NCBI GenBank assembly: GCA_028534125.1
Contig: CM052817.1
Coordinates: 104,410,001-104,474,000, forward strand
Length of the DNA: 64,000 nucleotides
Direction: 5' to 3'
Source of the DNA: Lama glama
Taxonomy: Eukaryota
Part shown: piece by piece, positions 51,054 to 62,722 of the stretch
Numbering within the stretch: position 1 is the first letter of the stretch
How the letters are laid out: the number at the start of each line of letters is the position of its first letter
The notes under the pieces: generated by a model
Seen by the model: only the letters and a program-made list of their open reading frames with translations
Database searches by the model: none
What the model was told of the DNA's origin: nothing
Program-made: the position numbers and the translations under genes

Positions 51054-51750
51054 CAGTGGTTCTTCAGATGCACACGGAGTCACCAGGGCAGCTTTAAGAA
51101 AACTGACGGTCAGGTCCGATGCCCTGAGTCTCATTCCTCAGAAGCTCTGGAATCAGGCCCAGGAGGAGGGGGTTGGTTTGTTTGTTTGTTNNNNNNNNNN
51201 NNNNNNNNNNNNNNNNNNNNNNNNNNNNNNNNNNNNNNNNNNNNNNNNNNNNNNNNNNNNNNNNNNNNNNNNNNNNNNNNNNNNNNNNNNNNNNNNNNNN
51301 NNNNNNNNNNNNNNNNNNNNNNNNNNNNNNNNNNNNNNNNNNNNNNNNNNNNNNNNNNNNNNNNNNNNNNNNNNNNNNNNNNNNNNNNNNNNNNNNNNNN
51401 NNNNNNNNNNNNNNNNNNNNNNNNNNNNNNNNNNNNNNNNNNNNNNNNNNNNNNNNNNNNNNNNNNNNNNNNNNNNNNNNNNNNNNNNNNNNNNNNNNNN
51501 NNNNNNNNNNNNNNNNNNNNNNNNNNNNNNNNNNNNNNNNNNNNNNNNNNNNNNNNNNNNNNNNNNNNNNNNNNNNNNNNNNNNNNNNNNNNNNNNNNNN
51601 NNNNNNNNNNNNNNNNNNNNNNNNNNNNNNNNNNNNNNNNNNNNNNNNNNNNNNNNNNNNNNNNNNNNNNNNNNNNNNNNNNNNNNNNNNGTTTGTTTCC
51701 TTAAAACCTCCTTGGTGATTCTGATTCTTAGCCAGAATTGAGAACCATTG
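51054..51750 (+). mobile_element. hAT MITE (MER5A-like) spanning the second gap
   Basis: Termini cagtggttctt... and ...ttgagaaccattg; 8-bp TSD-like aactaagc / acctaaga. Confidence 0.78.
51191..51690. other. Assembly gap (500 N) inside a (GTTT)n microsatellite
   Basis: Exactly 500 N, with gtttgtttgtt on the left and gtttgttt on the right. Confidence 0.98.
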
Positions 51751-52079
51751 ACCTAAGACTGTTACGTGTCTTCTTTCTGAAGGAGGGGATATCGCTGAGT
51801 CATTTGTGGAGAGAAAGGGTCCTAACGTTTCAAGGTCAGCGTCCTGTTACAACTCTGAGACAATCAAAAAGCGGTGGTCTTATCAATGATTGCACGTTCT
51901 CTTCCTAACAGTCCTTTTCCGTGGATGTTGTATTGACTACACTTAATTGAAGGAGGGAAAGTGGGGCTCAAAGAGGCTAAATAACCAACGACTTTATCAC
52001 TTAAATGTTGGAGGAAAACAGCCACCCATCCTGATTCTTGATATTCATAGTAGTCGTTTATCACACCATCATTAATGGG

Positions 52080-53560
52080 ATTAAAACACTCTTCTTACTT
52101 TTATTAAAATTAAAGATTTCAAATATTATGGATGTAGGTAACCTGAAAAATAAACCTTTCTCACAGTCCCACCTTACAAAGATCATCAGTGCCAGTGGTT
52201 GGATGCATATTCCTCCGAATGTGTCCTGGCCATATGGTAACATACTTCATGAAAGCATGCATTACTTCTGCTTGAGACCAAATGAGATCATACCACAATT
52301 TTGAAACTTGACTTTTCCCTTGAAAGTATATCCTTTAAATGTGGGTGTGGCGTTTTGGGTGTGCATGCATCTCATTCTTTTTAATGGCTTATGTATTTCA
52401 TTGTAAATAACCGAACATTTATTTGGGTTGTTTCTGATGTCTTGCTGTTACAAACTATGAACAGTTCTTGTTGTAGTGAACATATCTCTGGGCAGTTGTG
52501 TAAATGTTTCAGCAAAACTGATTCCTATGAATAGAGTATCTGACTTGACTAGCATAGACATTTTCTGTTTTAATAGTTTACCAAATTGCCCTCCAGGTAA
52601 GTTGTGCGGGTTTGCAGTTACTTGAGCAATATAGGGCAATGCTTGGTCGCCACACCTCAGATTCACTGGGTGTTATCGGTCTTTTTTTTGAATGCGCTGA
52701 TCTGATAAGTGAAAGTCAACCCCATTGTTAACAGAATCTGCATTTCTTTGGTCGTTGAGATTGAGCATTTTTTATACAAGGCATTTGGAATTCCTTCTGC
52801 AAATGTGGAATTCTCTGTCAACTGCCTGTCTGTTTCACTCCTTTGTCTCTAAGATCCATCAGCTTTTCTTTCTTGATTTGTAAAGGCTCCCTGAATACTA
52901 GGAAAATTTACTGTTTGGCTGTCATATATGTTATGAAATATGACATTATTTATGGCTTTGAGTTTTGTCAGGGGTAATGTTGGTGTATAAGTATATGTGC
53001 TTCTTTTTTATAAATTAGAAGCTTTCATTGTTTAAATTATGCTCCTGTGTCTTTTCTTATATGAATGTTTTGTTTCACATCATCCTCTAAGAAAAGGATT
53101 CCCTTCCATGATATTATAAACACATTCAGTTATGTTTCCTTCTCATACTTGTATGGGTTATTTTACTATATTTAAATCTTTCATTTACCTAAACTTCAGT
53201 GAAAATGTTAAGGAAGGAATCAAGCTTCACATTTTCCCAAATGGCTTGTCATTTTCCCCATGCTGTTTGTTTATAACCAGCATTGTTCCACTGATTTGAA
53301 ATGTAACTTTATTATGCACTAAGGTATAGATAGATAGGTAGATAAATGGATAGATAGATTTCTGTTTTAATGGTCTGTCTTTTCCACCTGCATATTCTTA
53401 TTTCTAAAGATTCACGCTACATTTTGATATTTGCTTAAAGTACTCTAACCCCTAGTTTCACTTAGCTTTTATTAAAGAATTTTCCTAGATGTTTTCCCAT
53501 GTTACTTTTTCCAGCTGATCTTTCACATAATTTTTATCATATTTAAAAATAAAACAACCT
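52080..53560 (-). mobile_element. Ancient L1 (L1ME-like) 3' region
   Basis: ccaaattgccctccag, tgcatttctttgg...gagattgagcattttt, ccactgatttgaaatg. Confidence 0.7.
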
Positions 53561-53759
53561 TAGGATTGTGTTGCTCAAGTGATCCCTTTTCTTGATCCCG
53601 CTGTATCCTGGATGTATTGAATCCTAATTCTTCTCCCTGCTGACAGTCAGTCCCAGACCTGCCAATTCTCAGCCACCAAAGTCAGCTCTGAATGCCAACC
53701 TTTAATCATTTCCATTTTCTGCTGAGTATCTCTTTGTGATTTTCCATTTTTTTCAGTCT

Positions 53760-54210
53760 ACAACCCAAAACATTTCAATATGGCCTCTAGGACCTCCCTC
53801 TACTCCTTTCTCCTGAGTTTGTATCACTTCTGTCTCACTCACCACCTTCCCTCCAGCCATTACCAGACTTTCTGTGGTCCCCGTAGCAAGCCACATTCTC
53901 CCTACTCTGCTCTTACACATTCTTCTGCATCTGCACCCTCCCCCGCGTTACTCACACCACCCTTTTGAGGGGGGTATCCCCTGCTCTGGGACCCTTATTA
54001 CAAATCGCTGCTCCATCCTACACTAGGGGCCCTTCCTTCATCAGAACTCCCGTTACTAGGCGATCGGGGTCCACGAGACTGCTCAGATTGCCTGTTGGCT
54101 TACACCTCTTCTCCACTGAACAAGCAGCCCCGGCAGATGCCATCTGTTTCCTTATTCCCAGAACTCACCAGGGTTCAGATCCCTGATTCATGCAGGCTGA
54201 GCAAATGAGT
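53760..54210 (+). mobile_element. L2 3' end
   Basis: Pyrimidine-rich sense L2 3' region ending ...ctgagcaaatgag. Confidence 0.5.
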
Positions 54211-54254
54211 TAAAAGTGACACCAGCTAAGGTTAACTGTGTATCAGTTAGCATG

Positions 54255-54760
54255 TCAAGTAGATTCCAGTCAACACAGATGCTGTTTTCGTTGGGCGCAG
54301 GTAGTTTTTCCGGGAGGTGATCTCGGGTAGCACACAAGGCGTGGACAAAGTAAGACAGAGAAGGGGGAAAAGCCAGTAAAGAGTATGTGGAGCCATGGTC
54401 CGCTTGGGACCTTTTGAGAAACTCTGGAAGTCACCTCGGAACTGCCCCTTGTAAGGATAGATGAGCTGGGGCTTTTATCTGCTGAAGGAAGGCACCTAAT
54501 GTAGGATGGAGTAGATATTTAAAGCAAGTCCATTTATCCACTCGCTCCAATCCGAGAGTCGTCCCCAGGAATTTAACTTACCCTGTACTCTCGGATGGTG
54601 CCTGCGTGCAGCCCAGCAAAGCATGTAGTACCAGAGAAACCCCAGGGCAGAGAACTCGAGGGGCACAGGCACTCAGGTGGGAAGCAGTCCATGTGCAGAT
54701 GAACCCCGAGTAGAGCCTAGGGTACCGGGAGGCATGGGCAGCGTCTGCTAGCAGCTGTAG
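54255..54760 (-). mobile_element. ERVL LTR16-like
   Basis: gcaggtagtttttccgggaggtgatctcggg...agtaagacagagaagggggaaaagccagtaaagag. Confidence 0.7.
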
Positions 54761-55194
54761 CCTACCGGCTCACTGAGCACATATAAAGTAACATCGGATG
54801 TGAGTTACCTGAAGACTCGAGGCTCAACAAGGAATGATTTCAGTTCCCTTCAAAATACTTCCAGATTATAGACCTAAACATTGTTTGATTCAGGGTCACA
54901 GTGGACCAAAAGTCTCTCCAGAGAAAAGGTGCCTCATTGTTAATGTTCTGTGCCATTATTCGTTGATAAATCACTTTCCTATTGCAGAACAAGCATTTGC
55001 CCAGACTGTGAGGTTATAAAATTTGTTTATTGTGATGATGTCTGTTGCAGCATCTTTGCCTGTGCGGCTTCATAGAATTGGTTTAACACACCATCACGTA
55101 GCCATGGACACCCACGATGATGCTTGTCGTTCACCCTCGTAGTCACATCATCAATGATGGGAGGTTGCTTTGGGGCTGCATTGCCTTTTTAAAA

Positions 55195-55400
55195 TAGATA
55201 CACACTACTGTATATAAAATAGATAAACAACAAGGGCCTACTGTATAGCACAGGGAACTAGATTCAGTTCCTCATAATGAGTTTTAATGGAAAAGAATCT
55301 GAAATATATGTGTATAACTGAATCACTTTGCTGTGCACCTGAAACTAACATTGTAAGTTGACTACACTTCAATTAAAAATAAAAATTATGAAAAAAAAAA
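55195..55400 (+). mobile_element. L1 3' tip
   Basis: aaaatagataaacaacaagggcctactgtatagcacagggaacta ... poly(A). Confidence 0.88.
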
Positions 55401-55892
55401 GAGAATGAGTAGCAAACATCACATTGTGGCCTTTACTCAATGCCTGCTGTATACAGAGCTTTCTACTAACCTCAGTGGAATAAACCATACACAATCCAAC
55501 AAAACTTACTGCTTATGGCTTAGAGTACAGAAATGCTTGTATTTTACAAAAACTAGCTATGCTGTTCAATGGGTCCATATAGGAAGTTAAACTAGGTTAG
55601 AAGACTTGAAACAAGTGAGTTCTAATACAAATACTCAAGGAGATCACTGAACATTGGACTGGTGTCCAAAGATGATGTTCAAAGACTTTAAAAAGACACA
55701 GCATTCATGGATTGATAGAAAAGACCAAGAAAATTAAAAGTCACAAGGACGCAGTTGCAGATCACCCTGTTGGAGCACGGTAAAGATGCCAGCCTTCGCT
55801 CTCAGCACACTGCTTCCTCTGCCTAGAATATTTTTAATCTCTGCTTTAATAACTCCTCCTTTCCTTTTGAGACTCACTGAAGAGTTATGTCA

Positions 55893-57211
55893 TGTATTAG
55901 TTTCCTATGACTGCTTCAACAAATTGCCATGAACGTGTTGCCATGAAACAATGCAAATGTATCATCTTCTAGTTCTAGAGGTCAGAAGTCAAACGTGGGT
56001 CTCGCTGGGCTACAGATCACATGTCAGCAGGACCGTGTGCCTCCTGGAGGCTCGTTTTCTGGTCTTTTCCAGCTCCTACATGCCACCTGCATTCCTTGGC
56101 TTGGGTCCTCACCCTCCCTCTTCAAAGGGAGAAGCTGGAGAGGGTGTGGAGAAAAGGGAACCCTCTTACACTGCTGGTGGGAATGCATTATGGTGCAGCC
56201 ATTATGGGAAACAGTATGGAGATTCCTCAAAAGACTAAAAATAGACTTACCATGTGATTCAGCACTCCCACTCCTGGGCATATATCCAGAGAGAACTCTC
56301 ATTCAAAAAGATACATGCACCCCAATGTTCATAGCAGCACTATATACAATAGTCAAGACATGGAAACAACCTAAATGTCCATCGACAGATGACTGGGTAA
56401 AGAAGATGTGGTGTATATATACAACGGAATACTACTCAGCCATAAAAAATAATAAAGTAATGCCATTTGTAGCAACATGGATGGACCTAGAGATCATCAT
56501 TCTAAGGGAAGTAAGCCAGAAAGAGAAAAAAAAATATGATATCATTCATATGTAGAATCTAAAAAAAAAAAGGGACACTATGAACTCATCTACAAAGCAG
56601 AAGCAGACTTAGCAGACTCAGTAAACAAGCATGGTTACTGGGAAAAGGAAGTGGGAAGGGATAAATTTGGGAGTTTGAAATTTACAAATGTTAGCCACCA
56701 TACATAAAAATAGATTTTTTAAAAAGTTTCTTTTATACAGCACAGGGAACTATGTTCAATATCTTATAATAACCTTTCATTTAAAAATATGAAAACAAAT
56801 ATATGTATGTATATGTATGACTGGGACATTGTGCCTTACACCAGAAATTGACACATTGTAACTGACTGTACTTCAATTAAAAAAAAAAAATATATATATA
56901 TATATATACACAAAGGCAGAAGCATAGCATCTCCCCTCCTCTCTGACCTCTGCTCCCATCTGTGCCTCTTCTCTCTCCGACTCTAACTCTGCTGCCTCCC
57001 TCTTAGAAGAACCCCCTTGATGACGTACACTGGGCCCACCAACCAAGGTAATGCGGGATCATCTCCCCTGTCTCCAGATCCTTAACATAATCACATCTGC
57101 AAAGTCCCTTTGGTTTATCAGAACACATACTCACAAATTCCAGGGATTAGGATGTTGACATCTTGGGTGACTTAAGTGGGGGTGAGTGGGAGTATTATGC
57201 AGCCTTCTACA
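55893..57211 (-). mobile_element. MaLR LTR (MLT1A-C-like) split by an L1 insertion
   Basis: tgtattagtttcct...ttctagaggtcagaagtc (55893-56135) and ...aatcacatctgcaaagtccctt...ggattaggatgttgacatctt...ctaca (56911-57211). Confidence 0.85.
56136..56910 (+). mobile_element. Young 5'-truncated L1 nested in MLT1
   Basis: [17 protein letters not shown]...CTPMFIAALYTIVKTWKQPKCP; A/(TA)n tail; TSD caaagggagaagc (56123-56135) / caaaggcagaagc (56911-56923). Confidence 0.95.
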
Positions 57212-57299
57212 CTTCCTCTTGAAGGTGTTCTGACCTCTTGAGTTAGAATTAGTTTCTTTTCCTCTGGATCCCACAATCTTCTGTGTATATTGTTTTCTT

Positions 57300-60200
57300 T
57301 CAGTTTTTTAAAATTGAAGTATATTTGATACATACTGTATTATATGTTTCAGGTGTAAAACACAGTGATTCACAATCTTTAAAGGTTATACCCATTTATG
57401 GTTATTATAAAAGATTGGTTATATTCCCTGTGTTGTGCTGTATATCCTTGTAGCTTATTTATTCCATACATAGTAGTTTGTTATCTCTTAATCTCTTACC
57501 CCTATCTTCTCCCTCCCCCCTTCCCTCTCCCCACTGGTAACCACTAGTTTGTTTTCTATATCTGTGAGTCTGTTTTCTTTTTTGTTATATTCACTAGTTT
57601 TTTTTTTATTTTTCAGAGCCCATGTATAAGTGATATCAGACAGTATTTGTCTTTCTCTATTTCACTAAGCACAATACCCTCCAAGTCCATTCATTGTTGC
57701 AAATGGCAAAATTTCATTCTTTTTTATGGCTGAGTAGTATTCTGTGTGTGTGTGTGTGTGTACACACATCTTCTTTGTCCATTCATCCATTGATGAACAC
57801 TTAGGTTGCTCCCATAACTTCTCAATTGTAAATAATGCTATTGTGAACACTGGAATGTATATATCTTTTCAAAGTAGTGTTTTTTTTTTTCTGGATATTT
57901 GCCTAGGAATGGAATTACTGGGTCCTTTTAGTGTTTTAAGAAACTTCCATATTGTTTTCCACAGTAGCTGGACCAATTTGCATTCCCACTAACAGTGCAC
58001 AAGGGTTCCCTCTTCACATCCTTGCCAACACTTGCCATTTGTGTTTTTTTGATGATGGCCATTCTGACATGTGTGAGGTGTTATCTCACTGTAGTTTTAA
58101 TTTGCATTTCCCTGATGATTAGCAGTGTTGTGCCTCTTCTCATGTGCCTGTTGGCCATCTGCATGTCCTCCTTGGAAAAATGTCTATTCAGTTCTTCTGC
58201 CCATTTTTTAAGTCAGGTTGGGTTTGTTTGTTTTTTTTTTTATGTTGATTTGTATATATATTGGATATTATCCCCTTATCAGTCACATCATTTGCAAATA
58301 TTTTCTCACATTCAGAAAGTTGTCTTTTCATTTTGTCCATGGTTTCCTTTGCTGTGCAAAAGCTTTTAAGTTTAATTAGGTCCCACTTGTTTCTTTTTGA
58401 TTTACTCTTTTTTTCAATTCAAGTATAGTCAGTTTATAATGTTATATCGATTTCTGGTGTACAGCATAAAGTTTCAGTCATGCATATACATACATTATTC
58501 ATTTTTATGTTCTTTGTCATAAGTTACTATAAGATATTGAATATAGTTCCTTGTGATATAGAGAAGAAACCTGTTTATCTATTTTATATATACTAGTTAG
58601 TATCTGCAAATCTCAAACTCCCAATTTATCCTTTCCCATCCTCTTCCCCTCCCCCACCCCAGTAACCTTAAGTTTGTTTCCTGTGTCTGTGAATCTGTTT
58701 CTGTTTAGTAAATAAGTTCATTTGTGTCTTTCTTTTAGATTCCATATAGAAGTGATATCATATGGTATTTTTCTTTCTCTTTCTGGCTTACTTTGCTTGG
58801 AATCATGATCTCCAAGTCCATCCATGTTGCAGCACCATTTGTTTATTTTTGCTTTTATTTTCTTTGCTTTAGGAGATAGATCTCCCAAAATATTGCTACA
58901 ATTTATGTCAAAGAGTGTCCTGCCTATGTTCTCCTCTAGGAGTTTGATGGTTTCTGTCTTACATTTTGGTTTTTAATTCATTTTGAGTTTATATTTGTAT
59001 ATGGTTTGAGGAAATGTTCTAATTTCATTCTTTTACATGTAGCTGTCCAGTTTTCCCAGCACCACTGATTGAAGAGGCTGTCTTTTCTCTGTTGTATATT
59101 CCTGCCTCCTTTGTTGTAGATTAATTGACCACAAGTGCATGGGTTTATTTCTGGGCTTTCTACCCTGTTCCATTGATCTACTTGTCTGTGTTTGTGCCAA
59201 TACCATACTGTTTTGATTACTGTAGCTTTGGAGTATAGTATGAAGTCAGGGACCATAATTCCTCCAGCTCCATTCTTCTTACTCAAGATTGTTTTGGCTA
59301 TTTGGAGTCTTTTGTGTTCCCATACAAATTTTAAAATTATTTGTTCCAGTTTCTGTGAAAAATACCCTTGATATTGTGACAGGAATTGCACTGAATCTGT
59401 CGATTGCCTTGGGTAATATGTCCATTTCAACAATATTGATTCTTCCAATCAGGTATTTTATTCTTTTTGATGTGATGGTAAATTGGATTGTTCCCTTAAT
59501 TTCTCTCTCTGATATTTTGTTGTTAGTATAGAAATGCAACAGATTTCTGTATTTTAATTTTGGATCCTGAAACTTTACTGAATTCATTGATGAGCTCTAG
59601 TGGTTTTCTGGTAGCCTCTTTAGGATTTTCTGTGTGTAAGTATCATGTCATCTGCAAACAGTGAACAGTTTTACCTCTTTTCCAATTTGTACTCCTTTTA
59701 TTTCTTTTTCTTATCTAAGTGCTGTGGCTAGGATTTCCAAAACTATGTTGAATAAAAGTGGCAAGAGTGGGCATCCTTGTCTTGTTCCTGATCTTGGAGG
59801 AAATACTTTCAGCTTTTCATCATTGAATATGATGTTAGCTGTGAGTTTATCATATATGCCTTTATTATGTTGAGGTATGTTCCATCTATGCCCACTTACT
59901 GGAGAGTTTTTGTCATGAATGGATGTTGGATTTTGTCAAAAGCCTTTTTTGTATCTATTGAGATGATTGAATGGTTTTTATTCTTCAGTTTGTTAATGTG
60001 GTGTATCACATTTATTTATTTGCCAATATTGAAAAATCCTTGCATCTCTGGGATAAATCCCACTTGATCGTGGTGTATGATACTTTTAATGTATTGTTGA
60101 ATTTGATTTGCTAATATTTTGTTTAAGTTTTTGCATCCATATTCAATAGTGATTTTGTCCTGTAATATTCTTTTTTTGTGATATATTTCTCTTGTTTTGG

Positions 60201-61020
60201 TATCAGGATGATGGTGGCCTCAGAATGAGTTCAGAAGCACTCCTTCCTCAGCAACTTTTTGAAATAGTTTGACCTCTTCTTTAAATGTTTGGTAGAGTTC
60301 ACCTGTGAAGCCCTCTGGTTCTAGACTTTTGTTTGTTGGGAAGTTTGTTTTTTTTACTACTGATTCAATTTCATCACTGGTAATTAGTCTGTTCATATTT
60401 TCTATTTCTTCCTGATTAAGTCTGGGAAGATTCTGCATTTCTAAGGATTTGACCATTTCTTCTAGGTTGTCCATTTTATTGTGGTATAGTTGCTTGTCGT
60501 AGTCTCTTACGATCTTTTGTATTTCTGTGCTGCTGGTTGTAACTTCTTTTTCATTTCTGATTTTATTGATTTGGACCCTCTCTTTTTTGTTCTTGATGAG
60601 TGTGGCTAAAAGTTTATCAATTTTCTTTATCTTTTTGAAGAACCAGCTCTTAGTTTCATTGATCTTTTCTATTTTTTTTATTCTGCATTTCATTTATTTC
60701 TTCTCTGATCTTTATATCTTTCCTTCTACTAAATTTGGGTTTTGTTTATTCTTCTTTTTCTAGTTCTTTTAGGTATAAGAATAGGTTGTTTGAGATTTTT
60801 CTTATTTCCCGAGGTTAGCTTTTATTGCTATAAACTTACCTTGTAGAACTGCTTTTGCTGAGTCCTACAAAATTTGGATCATTGTGTTTTCATTTTCAGG
60901 TATTTTTTATTTCTTCTTTAATTTCTTTAGGTACCCATTGGTTGTTTAGTAGCATATTGCTTGGCCTCCACATGTATGTGGGTTTTGCGGTTTATTTTCT
61001 TGTTTTTGATTTCTGTGTGT
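57300..61020 (-). mobile_element. Truncated, disrupted L1 (ORF2 plus 3'UTR)
   Basis: Minus ORFs IEKINETKSWFF..., [45 protein letters not shown]. Confidence 0.95.
58404..58834 (-). mobile_element. Younger L1 3' end nested inside the older L1
   Basis: A second L1 3'UTR with T tail; TSD-like ccacttgtttctttttgattt (58383-58403) / ccatttgtttatttttgcttt (58835-58855). Confidence 0.88.
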
Positions 61021-61319
61021 AAATCTTTTTTCAACATTTTTCTTAGTTGAAATATAGTCAGTTACAATGTGCTGATTTCTGGTATACAGCACAATATCCC
61101 AGTGATGCATGTATCTTTAATATGAGGATTTTTAGAACTACTTTGACATTTGGGGTGAATCTTTTCACCTTTTCTGTTATTTTCTTGGTAGAAGTTTTAT
61201 CTGTGCAGTTAGACTGGCCTCAGTCTGGACCTGGTACTCCCTCAATTTCTGCTGTGTAAAGGGGTGGGGGTGGGTACCTTGCTAGGGAGGATGAAAACAG
61301 ATGGAAAAGCAGGATTTCT

Positions 61320-61600
61320 CACCTAAAGCTCTGCTCTATTACCCACTAGTAAGGAGCAGCACCAGTTCCCAGTTTCCCATCTGTAACATGGAAATAATCC
61401 TAGTATTTGCCACATGTTTCTTGTGAACATTAATGAATGAACGTGTGAAAATTACTTAGAACAGTGATTGGCACATAATAATTACTCAAAGCTGTTTATT
61501 ATTATTATTTCCCACTTGTGAGATTGTGAGAATTAAATACAGTAGATAAACCACGCAGCACAGTGATTGGCACACAGTAAACTCTTAATTCAGTGTAGCT
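61320..61600 (+). mobile_element. MIR plus a second MIR 3' end in tandem
   Basis: cagtttcccatctgtaacatggaaataat; acagtgattggcaca occurs twice. Confidence 0.7.
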
Positions 61601-62089
61601 TTTGATTTGCCATCATCGTCTATGCTAAATGCAACAGGTAGAGAAGTCAAAACAGTGACAAAAATGCTGTGTTTCAAAGGTGGGAGTTTCATAAAATGTG
61701 CTTAAATCTGTGCCAACCATCTCCATAAGTTCAGGCTCTCTTTTTCTCAGGCTCAACGTGGTCATGAGGTTAAAAGATACAGAAGTTCAATAATGTTGTG
61801 ATGGATAGATTTTATTAGATTCAATGATGAAATAATAATAATAATGACAACTGTAGGCTTTTGAACAATACAACATTTTAAAGATATGTCATCTCATGGG
61901 GCCTTAAGGTGACTTCATGTAACTCCAGGCAGTTTCCAGCCACCTAATGGCTACTTGATTATTCAGACCTCCCAGAATATCATCATCTTTGTCACAAAAA
62001 TAGCCATTAAGTCCTTTCTATCATAGGATATTCAAGTGTCACCCATTTGTCTCCAAGGCAAGTTGAGCCATTCCACTCAAAAGTTTACA

Positions 62090-62251
62090 GTAAATAGAAT
62101 AGAAACTTGTGGAATCATCTTCCTCTCTCACAAATGAAGCAACAGCCAAGCGGCACAGCCTCTCAGCTGGTCCAAGTTCCTCAAAAAAGTTTTACTTTTG
62201 CAAAACGAGCCCTCTGACTTCCTACATTCGATGAGCTGCCTTACAAGCAAC
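62090..62251 (+). promoter_or_regulatory. Candidate internal promoter/5'UTR of the short MARCHF1 isoform
   Basis: Repeat-free sequence directly 5' of the alternative ATG. ETS/PU.1-type cores on the minus strand (62118-62126, 62174-62182, 62216-62223), E-box CAGCTG at 62164, C/EBP-like TTTTGCAAAA at 62196. Confidence 0.5.
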
Positions 62252-62442
62252 ATGACCGACAGTCGCGTTTGTTGTAACTTTTTAAACATGTGGAAAAAAA
62301 GCAAGATCTCGACCATGTATTACCTTAACCAAGATGCCAAATTATCTAACTTGTTTCTCCAGGCCAGCAGCCCAACGACAGGGACAGCTCCCAGGAGCCA
62401 GTCACGGTTGTCCGTCTGTCCATCCACTCAGGACATCTGCAG
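62252..62442 (+). CDS. MARCHF1: MARCHF1 alternative first coding exon (short-isoform N-terminus [37 protein letters not shown], then the shared exon)
   Basis: ORF 62198..62446 contains [43 protein letters not shown], matching the recalled human alternative N-terminus [40 protein letters not shown] at 62252, with a further in-frame ATG at 62231. Confidence 0.88.
62363..62442 (+). CDS. MARCHF1: MARCHF1 internal coding exon ([27 protein letters not shown]), just upstream of the RING-CH domain
   Basis: Translation matches the recalled MARCH1 sequence [27 protein letters not shown]. Acceptor ctaac...ttgtttctccag|GCC and donor TGCAG|gtaagt give an 80-nt exon, phase 0 to phase 2. Confidence 0.96.
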
Positions 62443-62722
62443 GTAAGTGCTCAGCGGATGACCCTGTTCAGTGTTTTTTCTAGACCAGTGTTGCGTGTTC
62501 TTGTCGGAGATTCAGACCGTGTGTGGTTCTTGCTTCTGCTGTACATTTGTCCAGGGATGTTTTACGCCAGCGTAATTTTTGCCTGTAGTGCATTTCCCTC
62601 ATTCGATCTTTGCTGAACCACCTTCGGGTCCACACGTTCGTTTTCATCACTCTCTCTCTCTGTTTTCCCGTGGCTTTCCTCTCCACTCCCGTCTCCCATC
62701 CTTCGCCCGCCGCTTTGTCTAG

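Noticed and set aside
51173..51741. ORFs of 172-187 aa across the second gap
   Set aside because: Artefacts of translating N runs
55995..56555. 186-aa ORF
   Set aside because: Chance fusion of MLT1 sequence with the L1 ORF2 C-terminus; not a gene
62610..62722. N-terminal part of the 305-aa ORF (MLNHLRVHTFVFITLSLCFPVAF...) resembling a signal peptide
   Set aside because: TTG start; this is the intronic polypyrimidine tract upstream of the acceptor at 62722, and the hydrophobicity comes from T/C richness
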